Below, in pieces: positions 7,656-16,357 of a DNA stretch of 64,000 bases. Both the position numbers and the translations under genes were made by a program. The stretch comes from an uncultured virus (IMG/VR IMGVR_UViG_3300024301_001491). Lineage: Duplodnaviria > Heunggongvirae > Uroviricota > Caudoviricetes. The notes below the pieces were generated by a model that saw only the letters and a list, made by a program, of their open reading frames with translations, did not search any database and was not told the DNA's origin. Position 1 is the first letter of the stretch; every line of letters starts with the position of its first letter. The stretch lies in the IMG/VR virus record IMGVR_UViG_3300024301_001491; one strand, given 5' to 3'.

Positions 7656-7862
7656 TTAAGGCTGTTCCTGTGCCTTCATACTATTTATATAATCTGCACC
7701 CTTCCAGAGTACTTCATCAGTAAAATAATCTCGGACTTCAAATAAAGTTATATCAAACTTGTGTTGAAAACATGAATTAATCACATTGTTAATTGCACCA
7801 TAGTCAGACTTGGCCCAACCGACCTCTTTGCCGTCTTTGAATATTTTACTTTTTCTTTTCAT
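7656..7862 (-). CDS. Hypothetical protein
   Basis: 68-aa ORF overlapping the ligase stop. Confidence 0.55.
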   Translation of the reverse strand: MKRKSKIFKDGKEVGWAKSDYGAINNVINSCFQHKFDITLFEVRDYFTDEVLWKGADYINSMKAQEQP

Positions 7863-9160
7863 TTTATATCTGCTTCTGTATCCGGGATCGTTTTATCTTC
7901 TCGAATCTCAATAAACCTGGGAAGGAATAACGACTTCCCACCTTGTTTATTCTCAATCTTGGCATTATATACTACTGCCACAATCCTACCAATGAGATTA
8001 TCACGATCGATCCAAAGACTATCTCTAAGACTATCGCTAAACCCAGAACCAATAGAGACGGTGATAGGGATAGTGTCCGATTGTCTGGAGCTACATATAA
8101 GTGCGCCAAGCTTTCCAACATATTTTCCAGTGCCTTCTTCATAGCCAATTATCTCCAAATCACAGTCAAGTTCGGCTTTGAATTTTAGCTGATGCTTAAC
8201 TCGTTTATCTTCCCATGGACTGTCTATGTCCTTGAGTATAATTCCCTCTTGGCCGTCAGCAAGATAACGGTCAAACGCCGCTCGAGCATCAGCAATCTCT
8301 GAGACAATTTCATGTTCCACCAACCTGACGGAGCTACCATGAATAAAGCTCTTAAGATACGCAATACGATTCCTGTAAGGAACACTACTATAACCACTAA
8401 TAAAATCTTCATAGTCAATCACATCCCAAATAGTCGCACGAACTAATTTAGCTTCTGATGCAGTAATCGTGCCTTTCACTGCTTTGTTGAGGATGCCATT
8501 ACCAGTTTGACGGTCACATACTGCGCCATCATCTGCTTCAATTAAAAGTTCGCCATCGTATACTTTATTCTTATATCCGGATAATGCAATAAAGAATTCG
8601 TCTAGATGTGAAATCCCTTGGATTTCTTTTCCATTGCGACTACGATAATCTACTAAGCCATCTTTTACAATAGCGTTAAATCTCATGCCATCCATTTTAA
8701 GTTGGACCATTGCAGGCCACTTCATCTTTCCAAGTGTTTTCTCATCGGCCGGAGAACATAACATGCATGGGTATTCATGAATTAGTTTAGGCCAGATCTT
8801 ATTTGCTGTAGATGCTGATGCACCGCAACGTAAATCTTTACCTATAACTAATTCAATAACTTTTGCAGTGGTTTCTGGTACATTACATAAAATATTACGT
8901 AAATGCTCTATACCAGCATTACCCGTCACTTTCCTCATAGACAACAGACTAAGTTGATTTAAAGCTTCAGGTAAACCGATATTGACGTTTTCAATTTGCT
9001 TGTATTGTGGAATCTTACGAATATAAAACTGGGTGAAGGGATCGTAAGCGAGACGAAAGACTTCTTTCAAAATATTATTCATACTGTTGGCTTTTAGGAT
9101 AGCTTCCTTCTCCAATCGAGAAGGAGTAGCTTCAATATCCTTAAGAATTTGATATACCAT
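7859..9160 (-). CDS. gp30: ATP-dependent DNA ligase (T4 gp30-like)
   Basis: KMDG adenylation motif, DGEL, EGIILK, LFLPRF. Confidence 0.95.
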   Translation of the reverse strand: MVYQILKDIEATPSRLEKEAILKANSMNNILKEVFRLAYDPFTQFYIRKIPQYKQIENVNIGLPEALNQLSLLSMRKVTGNAGIEHLRNILCNVPETTAKVIELVIGKDLRCGASASTANKIWPKLIHEYPCMLCSPADEKTLGKMKWPAMVQLKMDGMRFNAIVKDGLVDYRSRNGKEIQGISHLDEFFIALSGYKNKVYDGELLIEADDGAVCDRQTGNGILNKAVKGTITASEAKLVRATIWDVIDYEDFISGYSSVPYRNRIAYLKSFIHGSSVRLVEHEIVSEIADARAAFDRYLADGQEGIILKDIDSPWEDKRVKHQLKFKAELDCDLEIIGYEEGTGKYVGKLGALICSSRQSDTIPITVSIGSGFSDSLRDSLWIDRDNLIGRIVAVVYNAKIENKQGGKSLFLPRFIEIREDKTIPDTEADIK

Positions 9161-9362
9161 CTTTAATCTTTCTAATCACTTCAGCGGAGTCTACATAGTC
9201 AGAGGTTAACATCAGCAATTTGTCCATCTGAAATTCAACCTTTTCCAATAGTATCTCTACATACGTCATGTATTCTTCTGGTAAATCTTCCAACCATGCT
9301 TTGAGTTCATTGTCACCCATTGATAGAATGAACTCAAAGTTATTTTGATCTTGGTCTTCCAC
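9141..9362 (-). CDS. Hypothetical protein
   Basis: 73-aa acidic ORF; resembles 35971..36234. Confidence 0.6.
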   Translation of the reverse strand: MEDQDQNNFEFILSMGDNELKAWLEDLPEEYMTYVEILLEKVEFQMDKLLMLTSDYVDSAEVIRKIKDGISNS

Positions 9363-9783
9363 GCTTTTTTTCCTTTACCTGCCTTGCAATGAAACCGTAA
9401 TCTGCTGCAAGATCTGCAGTAATATTCTTGTATAGTTTATCTAACTTCTGGTCTTTAATAGCACATAGTACTTTTGCCTCAGATGGATGCACACTTTCCA
9501 ATAGTTCGATAAACAATGCTTCGCGACGAAGTTGAGCCAATGGCTGAGACTTGGTGAAGATATACAACCTACGAAGTTCCTGATTAAAACTTGCAGGAGA
9601 CATTCCAAGCGGGCCGTCATCCTTTTTAAATGGAGGATCACCTTCAGGCAATTCAAATTTTTGTTCTGGGATAAAGGCGTATTGGAACAAATATTTCAAT
9701 GCGGGATTATCTCTAAACTCTGCTAATTTAGATGGGTCTTTGTTGACCGTATCTAAAATTTCTACTACATATTCTCTTGACAT
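9340..9783 (-). CDS. T4-like hypothetical protein downstream of rnh
   Basis: LPEGDPPF, RREALFIELLESVHP.EA motifs; probable start MSREY. Confidence 0.75.
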   Translation of the reverse strand: MSREYVVEILDTVNKDPSKLAEFRDNPALKYLFQYAFIPEQKFELPEGDPPFKKDDGPLGMSPASFNQELRRLYIFTKSQPLAQLRREALFIELLESVHPSEAKVLCAIKDQKLDKLYKNITADLAADYGFIARQVKEKKRGRPRSK

Positions 9784-9784
9784 T

Positions 9785-10654
9785 TTAAAAATCCTCAATT
9801 TCATTTAGCAGCAAACGACACTTGTTTTTAATCAAGTAATTCATGATAGAATTCATGTCGCCTTGTGCTGGTTTTTCATATTCCGTAATGATAGAAGTTT
9901 TGACTTCCTCAGGTATATATTCAAAATCTACAAGGGTAGAATTGCGATGCCAGTTACGGCGTTCAGTATCATTTTGACAAGCATCAAATCCTTTATCCAT
10001 AAACTCAGTTAAACGCTTAGAGCTTACTGATTTTTGGCGCTCTTCTATAATGAATACATCATCGGCAGACATAATATTAGGAACACCGTCACCGGAATCT
10101 CCCTTAACAATATGTTCAATCATCCATTCACGCAATTCTTTCTTTGACACTTTCATTTGCTTTTTAAGCATAGGACTGAACTGTGCTACATTGTCATACT
10201 TCTGCAATTGCTTAAAGTCTTTATCAGAAGAAATAATCATTACATTTTCGTGCTGACCGAACTCCTGAGTTTGAAGAGCTAATACTGCAATTACATCATC
10301 GGCTTCACACTTGTCTAGGCATACTACCTTATATGGAAAGTGCTGTCGTAAGTCATCACGAATCTCGCCCAAAGTGTCGAAGATAAATTTCCAATCTAAA
10401 TCAGACTTGTCACGATTCTTTTTACGACTAGCTTTATAATTGGGAAAGAAATCTTTGCGCCAGTATCCACGTCCGTCAGATGCGATTACGATTTGTCCGT
10501 AATCCTTGGCATACTTTTTCTTGTATGACTTGATGGATGATAGAGCAATATGACGAATTAGATCTTTTTTCTTGGCGGCATCGTCAGTTTTCAGTTCACT
10601 TTGCATCGTCATGATAGATGCAAGACACACTTGGTTGAAGTCAATTAAAATCAC
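9785..10654 (-). CDS. rnh: T4 RNase H (5'-3' exonuclease, FEN family)
   Basis: ILIDFNQ, YWRKD..P.YK..R, EADD, SSDKDF and GDSGDGVPN motifs. Confidence 0.93.
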   Translation of the reverse strand: MILIDFNQVCLASIMTMQSELKTDDAAKKKDLIRHIALSSIKSYKKKYAKDYGQIVIASDGRGYWRKDFFPNYKASRKKNRDKSDLDWKFIFDTLGEIRDDLRQHFPYKVVCLDKCEADDVIAVLALQTQEFGQHENVMIISSDKDFKQLQKYDNVAQFSPMLKKQMKVSKKELREWMIEHIVKGDSGDGVPNIMSADDVFIIEERQKSVSSKRLTEFMDKGFDACQNDTERRNWHRNSTLVDFEYIPEEVKTSIITEYEKPAQGDMNSIMNYLIKNKCRLLLNEIEDF

Positions 10655-10655
10655 G

Positions 10656-11768
10656 TTAAAATACCTTTACAATAATACATTCTTCATTCAAGCGACCATT
10701 CACTGCAGCTTCTTTAGTCGTTAGACTCTTAAATGCTGATGCAAGTGTTCGCTTGGTCATGGCGGCAAAGTCTTTGATTTGCTCCGGCTTGCGCATTGTT
10801 TTAGAACCAGAAGACGCAACATCATAGTTAACGATACTGGTACCTTTCACACTTAATGCTCCATCACCGAAAGCACGGTACACCATAGCTTTCTTATACT
10901 TTGTATTATACACTAATACTTCTTTTGCACCTACGATTTTCTCTGGACGCTCAGATACGATAGATAATTCATCGAATTGCTTCATGAACTTAACTTTTGC
11001 AGCCAAGACTGATGGTGGTTTCTCCTTACGAGCACGTGGTTTACGTGCTGATTTGGCAGCCACAGCACGTTGAGCGCATGCACCTTCAATCTCTTCAATT
11101 AGTTTACAGATCTTTTTGATCTTGACCTTTTTAATATTGGAGTAACCTTCAACTAGTTGCTTATCGGTTCCTTCAATAAGATCTTGAAGTTCATTCCAAA
11201 AGTTAACAAAGGCTGCTGGAATAAGTTTTGCAACAGGAGCACTAACGTTGTTAGCTTCTAGATATCCACTGAAGTTTGGTTGTTCATCAGATGTAATGAA
11301 ATCATCGATCATTGCATTGAATTCAGCAATGTGCGAACTAGCGGCTTCCGCCATTCGATCTTGAATAGTCACTACAGGTTTTGCCGGTGCCGTATCCACA
11401 ACAACAACTGCTCGTTTGGGGATAAATGAGCTCAATCGCTTGACTTCAGACTCTAGATAGTCGAGTTCACGATCCGCCAAGTACTGATCACGCATTTTCA
11501 AACGTGCAATAGTACCGGCAGATCGGAATTCTAGATCGCTGGCAACATTGGAAAACTTTGCAGCTTCCTTCTTGCCGACATACTCCATAAACCAACGGCG
11601 TTTTTCTTTGTTGTCATTTGATGCGTTGTAGAAATTCAAGGCACTCATCAGCGATTCAACGTAAGCATCCTTGTTAATAATAGGTTCATCTGATCCGTAT
11701 CCATTGCCCAAGGCTTTAAGTTTCTCGCGCTTGTTCTTCAATGCAACTTCTTTTTTAGTCAACGCCAT
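10656..11768 (-). CDS. Hypothetical early protein
   Basis: About 370 aa; follows an early-type promoter; LSVKGTSI..Y, KTMRKP, NGRLN motifs. Confidence 0.75.
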   Translation of the reverse strand: MALTKKEVALKNKREKLKALGNGYGSDEPIINKDAYVESLMSALNFYNASNDNKEKRRWFMEYVGKKEAAKFSNVASDLEFRSAGTIARLKMRDQYLADRELDYLESEVKRLSSFIPKRAVVVVDTAPAKPVVTIQDRMAEAASSHIAEFNAMIDDFITSDEQPNFSGYLEANNVSAPVAKLIPAAFVNFWNELQDLIEGTDKQLVEGYSNIKKVKIKKICKLIEEIEGACAQRAVAAKSARKPRARKEKPPSVLAAKVKFMKQFDELSIVSERPEKIVGAKEVLVYNTKYKKAMVYRAFGDGALSVKGTSIVNYDVASSGSKTMRKPEQIKDFAAMTKRTLASAFKSLTTKEAAVNGRLNEECIIVKVF

Positions 11769-11808
11769 ATGGTTCTCCAAATGAAAATAGGTACTCAGTA
11801 TGGTACCT

Positions 11809-11857
11809 ATTATACACTAATCGGGAATATTCGTACATATAGTACTAAAGTATTACT
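11809..11857 (-). promoter_or_regulatory. Early-type promoter with upstream TAATACTTTAGTACTA element
   Basis: TGTACG-17-TATAAT. Confidence 0.7.
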
Positions 11858-12118
11858 TTATTCCCCGGATTTAAGTTCCACCACCTCAGTATAGAGGGTC
11901 TCAAATTCCTCATGAGACTGTTGCTCATTCTGGAAATTCTGTTTGTGGTATGTACGTGCCATCTTAGAAAGGATTTTCTTAGAGATTTTAAACTGATCAT
12001 TTAATTCAGCAATTGCTTCTTTTTGGAAGTCTTTTTCTGCATCAACACGAGTCATCGAGTTGGAGATTTCTTCCATGGCATCTTTAATTTTTTTGCGGTC
12101 TGCGGGTGAGCTAATCAT
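11858..12118 (-). CDS. dsbA: dsDNA-binding protein (T4 DsbA-like)
   Basis: 86 aa; size and the KMARTYHKQNF...EEFETLY pattern. Confidence 0.7.
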   Translation of the reverse strand: MISSPADRKKIKDAMEEISNSMTRVDAEKDFQKEAIAELNDQFKISKKILSKMARTYHKQNFQNEQQSHEEFETLYTEVVELKSGE

Positions 12119-12121
12119 ATA

Positions 12122-12436
12122 TTATCCAATATTAAATTCAATAGTTTTTACAGATTCGGCGTTGAATGAACGCCAACCGTTGTTTTCCAAATCAAATACA
12201 CGAAATGCACTTCCTTCTTTAATTTCCTTTTCGCCGGAAGGATGCATAGTAACAGGAATCTTAGATAGATTTTTAGTACATTTCATTACACGAGTAGAAC
12301 CATCTTTTTTGGTAAATGTAACTAATGTAGGTGTTTCTTCCATTAGTAATCCATTTAGCCAATCTCGGAATTCTTGGGTTTTTAAGAATTCTTGACGATT
12401 TTCAAATATATTATCGTTTTCAGTAATATCAATCAT
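12122..12436 (-). CDS. WYL_2/SH3-like beta-barrel protein
   Basis: VTFTKKDGSTRVM.CT...VFDLENNGWRSF. Confidence 0.75.
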   Translation of the reverse strand: MIDITENDNIFENRQEFLKTQEFRDWLNGLLMEETPTLVTFTKKDGSTRVMKCTKNLSKIPVTMHPSGEKEIKEGSAFRVFDLENNGWRSFNAESVKTIEFNIG

Positions 12437-12656
12437 TAATAACCTCAACTTTCACTTTAACAATCTTCTGATCTCCATTTGAAGCTTTTGCGACAGCTTC
12501 AGTGGGATAGATTCTACATGTACGTTGATTGAGGGATCCCAAATCCGAGTATACAATATATCCAAATCGATATCCAATCTGGACCGATATAGTAGCTTCA
12601 TCGGTAGTAGCTACTTTTGCTTTAAACAGTGCAGGCACTTGTCGTACTCCTTCCAT
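12429..12656 (-). CDS. Hypothetical protein
   Basis: ORF with GAGGTG RBS before MEGVRQ. Confidence 0.55.
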   Translation of the reverse strand: MEGVRQVPALFKAKVATTDEATISVQIGYRFGYIVYSDLGSLNQRTCRIYPTEAVAKASNGDQKIVKVKVEVIND

Positions 12657-12703
12657 ATCACACCTCATTAACAAACATGATATCATTGTATCATAGTAAA
12701 GAA

Positions 12704-13630
12704 TTATAATTTTTCGATTTTGAAGTTTTCACCACATCGGATACGTTCACTCATTTTTAACCGAGTGCCGGCATCTTTAGTTTTTTTTTCTTCTACTAAC
12801 ACCGGTTCCAGAATAGTCTCTAGAGTTGGTTCTATAGACTCTGGTTCCGGTTCCGTTGTAGTTTGAACTACTTCAGGAATAGACTGTTCTTTTTCTTTAG
12901 ACCGCATTACCGTCTGATTGTATCCTATGAACATCAGTACAGCTAATGGATCAAATACTCCTACGATCATCAGTGTGACAATACGTACAGCCTTTTCTAA
13001 GAAGCTAGGATCAGTCTGTTCGCCGTAAATTAAGGCTGCGATGTACCTGATTGGTCCGATTTCCGCTTCGACCTTGCGCGCTTCTTGGGCAAGGGGGATT
13101 CGCTGGTTGGTGTACTCACTGACTTTGGCTTGCGCTTCCTCGATGGTTTTGTAGGCTGCGGCTCGTTCATCTCTTTGGGAGTCTCTTGCTTTAACTCCTT
13201 TTGTAACGGCACCGAGCTCGGTGTATTTTTCAATTTGTTGATCCAGTTGATCAAGCGTTGCACGAGCGTCATTAATAATCTCCCTTTGATACTTAATTTT
13301 TCCGTCAATCAGTTCTATCTTAGACAGAACATCACCAGTAATCATTCCCTGATCACTATGAGCCTTTGAAAGATATCCAAAGATTCCCATACTGGTCAAA
13401 CACATCAATACGATAATGGCTGTGACAAAATAAGTTTTTAATAAAATTGAAGTCTCTTTCCAGTTTCTGTATAACCAAGAAGCGACAACAAGCTTCGATA
13501 ATTCCAATGCGCCGCCCATAATTGCTATGGACATTGCAGCACCAGAAAAGATTGCCATCAACCCCATGATGGCGTAATATGCAGCAATCGTTGATAACGA
13601 TACAGCCGACAAGAAAAGTAGAGTTGTCAT
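12704..13630 (-). CDS. Membrane protein with coiled coil
   Basis: Three N-terminal TM helices, TSMGIFGYLSKAH, EIGPIRYIA, VFDPLAV. Confidence 0.8.
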   Translation of the reverse strand: MTTLLFLSAVSLSTIAAYYAIMGLMAIFSGAAMSIAIMGGALELSKLVVASWLYRNWKETSILLKTYFVTAIIVLMCLTSMGIFGYLSKAHSDQGMITGDVLSKIELIDGKIKYQREIINDARATLDQLDQQIEKYTELGAVTKGVKARDSQRDERAAAYKTIEEAQAKVSEYTNQRIPLAQEARKVEAEIGPIRYIAALIYGEQTDPSFLEKAVRIVTLMIVGVFDPLAVLMFIGYNQTVMRSKEKEQSIPEVVQTTTEPEPESIEPTLETILEPVLVEEKKTKDAGTRLKMSERIRCGENFKIEKL

Positions 13631-14025
13631 AACTTTACGTGAGTCCTATGAATTCTGCACTGAATTTGGCCGTTATACCATTCAGCTGGTTTTTCTAATA
13701 CTTCATAATGAAATTGAAGTTTAGCTTCTAGGTAAGTCATCGTACCTTTATTGATACAAAGATGCAATATTTCACGTGTAAAATTATTTTCCCCAAGTTC
13801 TGCAACATCTTTCTTGACATCATCCGAAGATGACCAATAGGTCTTCCAATCAGACGGTACCTTTTCTTTCTTCTTTTTTCCTTTAACTTGACGAGTCTTG
13901 CTAAACCAAAAAAGCTTCTTTCCAATGTAACGCCGATTGGTTGTCTTATTGACTATAAGATAAACGAATCCGATATTTTTTTCAATCAAGCCTTCATCAA
14001 ATTCTACATCTTTATATAACCACAT
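13627..14025 (-). CDS. denA: GIY-YIG endonuclease, T4 endonuclease II (DenA)-like
   Basis: GFVY...YIGKK, Y.SSS and conserved E; about 130 aa, downstream of nrdB as in T4. Confidence 0.7.
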   Translation of the reverse strand: MWLYKDVEFDEGLIEKNIGFVYLIVNKTTNRRYIGKKLFWFSKTRQVKGKKKKEKVPSDWKTYWSSSDDVKKDVAELGENNFTREILHLCINKGTMTYLEAKLQFHYEVLEKPAEWYNGQIQCRIHRTHVKL

Positions 14026-14110
14026 ACTATACCCATTTTTGTTTAGATATAGTATTTATTCAAAGAGTTTCATCAACCCCCTAATAGTATTGAGGCGATG
14101 TATGATCAAC

Positions 14111-14275
14111 TTAATCCTCTGAGTCCGACTCATCTTGGTCATAACGTTCATCTTCATAAATGTCTCCACCACAAAACGGGCAGTACGCAACCTCACTGGT
14201 TGCAATACCGCTTTGCTCTTTAAAAGTGATTTTGCCGTGGGCTCCACATGAATCACAATCAAAATGTCGTATCAT
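14111..14275 (-). CDS. 54-aa zinc-ribbon protein
   Basis: Manual translation MIRHFDCDSCGAHG...YCPFCGGDIYEDE...; start overlaps the nrdB stop. Confidence 0.7.
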   Translation of the reverse strand: MIRHFDCDSCGAHGKITFKEQSGIATSEVAYCPFCGGDIYEDERYDQDESDSED

Positions 14276-15261
14276 TAGGCTTTCCCCCAAACATCATTCC
14301 ATGTACCAGACAAAGCTCCCTTTGCGTAGTCAGTAACACGGTTCTCAAAGAAGTTGCCATGAACTGGCGCGTTAATCATTTCTTCAACCCATGGCAATGG
14401 ATTCTTCTTACGTTTGAAGATACCTTTCATACCCATGGAGATCAAACGGCGGTCAGCAATATAACGGATATATTCCTTAACATCGTGTGCACTCAACTCT
14501 CGCATATCACTACTTGCGAATGATAAATCGATGAACTTATCTTCTAGTTCAACCATCTTTTCTGCAATGGAATAAATACGACCTTTGAGTTGGTCATTCC
14601 AAATCTCTGGATTTTCTTTAACATAAGTCTTAAACAATTGGATCATTGACTCTGCGTGCATAGTCTCATCAACAATAGACCACGTGACAATCTGACCCAT
14701 ACCCTTCATCACACCATGGCGAGGAAAGTTCAATAACATAATGAATGATGAGAATAATTGCATACCTTCAGTAAAGGCAGAGAATACCGCAATATGTTCA
14801 GCGGTAGATTGAATCGTACCGTTGTTGGATGATAACTCTAACACGTAATCGTGCTTGTCTTTCATTTCTTGGTATTCCAAGAATTCTTGATATGTTGACT
14901 CAGGCATTCCCAAGGTTTCAATCAAGTGAGAGTAAGCAGCAATGTGTAGTGCTTCACGGGCGGCAAAACCTGATAACATCATACGAACTTCAGGCTGTGG
15001 GAAGTACGGCAGATAGTTTTTAACATAACCACCAGCAACATCGATATCTCCCTGCGTGAAGAATCTAAAGATATTTGTAAGGAACAACTTCTCTTCAGCA
15101 GTTAGTTTCTTTTTCCAATCTTTGGAATCTTCCATCATTGGAACTTCTGTATGTAACCAATGTGCTTGTTCATGCTTCAACCACGCATCGTATGCCCAAG
15201 GATAGGCAAATGGTTTGAAGTAATTACGCTCGTCCGTGAGTCTAGTTTTAGATTTTACCAT
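14275..15261 (-). CDS. nrdB: Ribonucleotide reductase class I beta subunit
   Basis: FFTQGD, REALH..AY, EGMQLFSSF, DETMH, NFFE. Confidence 0.97.
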   Translation of the reverse strand: MVKSKTRLTDERNYFKPFAYPWAYDAWLKHEQAHWLHTEVPMMEDSKDWKKKLTAEEKLFLTNIFRFFTQGDIDVAGGYVKNYLPYFPQPEVRMMLSGFAAREALHIAAYSHLIETLGMPESTYQEFLEYQEMKDKHDYVLELSSNNGTIQSTAEHIAVFSAFTEGMQLFSSFIMLLNFPRHGVMKGMGQIVTWSIVDETMHAESMIQLFKTYVKENPEIWNDQLKGRIYSIAEKMVELEDKFIDLSFASSDMRELSAHDVKEYIRYIADRRLISMGMKGIFKRKKNPLPWVEEMINAPVHGNFFENRVTDYAKGALSGTWNDVWGKA

Positions 15262-15262
15262 A

Positions 15263-15523
15263 TTATTCTTTCAAGCCAAAAGCTTCTAGTAGTTGTGAAC
15301 GAGTCATACCGTTACCAGTAATGCGACGTATTACTTTGTTATTGTTATCCAACAGAATCAAAGTAGGAACACTGCGAACACCACGGTTCACAACTTCATT
15401 ACGGTTTTCTTCTTCATCGATATCGATTGCTTCAACCGGCCATGGCAAGTTCATCGTCTTTAAAGTTTCTCCCAATTGCTTACATGGTTGACACCATGAT
15501 GCTTCGAATTTTAATAGTTTCAT
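15263..15523 (-). CDS. Thioredoxin
   Basis: WCQPC motif and VRSVPT cis-Pro loop. Confidence 0.9.
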   Translation of the reverse strand: MKLLKFEASWCQPCKQLGETLKTMNLPWPVEAIDIDEEENRNEVVNRGVRSVPTLILLDNNNKVIRRITGNGMTRSQLLEAFGLKE

Positions 15524-16176
15524 TATAGTTTTCCTGATGCTAATACGATTTTACAAATATGCTCTAATCTCTCTATGTGCTCATAAGCACGCCATGGCGA
15601 AGAATCAATGGCAACGACGCCGTGTCCTTTAATACCAATTATATCATATTCAATATTTCCGTTCCTATTAAGTCCGAGGTTTTCGAAACAGTTATCTGCC
15701 AACTCTTGACTAATAGGTGGAACATCTGGTACATTCTTTGCAACTCTTGTATATCTATTCAACTCTGGAAAGTCCTTGCAGACATTCGATAAATCGATTC
15801 CAGCATGCATAGCTGCAACACAATAGGTAGGATGAAAGTGCATCACTACACGAACATCCAAACCTTGTGGTAATTCTTTCTGTAAACCAAAATGAAGAGG
15901 AATCTCTCCACTAGGTTTTAAGTTCTTGCTAATATCAGTATATTCGGCTTCTTGCCAACAATATAATAACGACGCACTACCTACTCCACTATTGATACCA
16001 GCGATAATATCGATCTTTTTAAATTGATCTGGCTGTAGTGTTTGTTTACGTACACCGCTTGGTGTAATATAAAAATGATTTCGATCGTGATGGCGGATAG
16101 AGACGTTTCCATCCCTACTAGTAATCCAATTGCGCTTGTACGCTTCCATCATTGTGTCACATATAGTTTCTAACAT
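15523..16176 (-). CDS. Class II aldolase/adducin family protein
   Basis: GNVS, ITPSG, PSGE..LH, HFHP and GHG zinc-site motifs. Confidence 0.85.
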   Translation of the reverse strand: MLETICDTMMEAYKRNWITSRDGNVSIRHHDRNHFYITPSGVRKQTLQPDQFKKIDIIAGINSGVGSASLLYCWQEAEYTDISKNLKPSGEIPLHFGLQKELPQGLDVRVVMHFHPTYCVAAMHAGIDLSNVCKDFPELNRYTRVAKNVPDVPPISQELADNCFENLGLNRNGNIEYDIIGIKGHGVVAIDSSPWRAYEHIERLEHICKIVLASGKL

Positions 16177-16180
16177 ATTT

Positions 16181-16357
16181 TTACCAATGTCTGATAACAC
16201 CAGCCATGATGAACATATTTGTTACAACATAGCATAATATTATTAATGTTCTAATTAGAGCGATGGTATCAGCTTCTTGTACGTTCTTTCCTGATTTCTC
16301 ACCAATCGCTCTTGCCCAAAGTCTCCAGAATTTCCTTAACCTTCGCAAGCGATACAT
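16181..16357 (-). CDS. 58-aa membrane protein
   Basis: Manual translation ...WRLWARAIGEKSG...EADTIALIRT...AGVIRHW. Confidence 0.65.
   Translation of the reverse strand: MYRLRRLRKFWRLWARAIGEKSGKNVQEADTIALIRTLIILCYVVTNMFIMAGVIRHW

Noticed and set aside
13627..14025. Mobile homing endonuclease
   Set aside because: It has only the catalytic GIY-YIG domain with no DNA-binding extension; size and position fit endonuclease II.
14056..14262. 68-aa ORF from the track
   Set aside because: It overlaps the better-supported zinc-ribbon ORF 14111..14275 in another frame.
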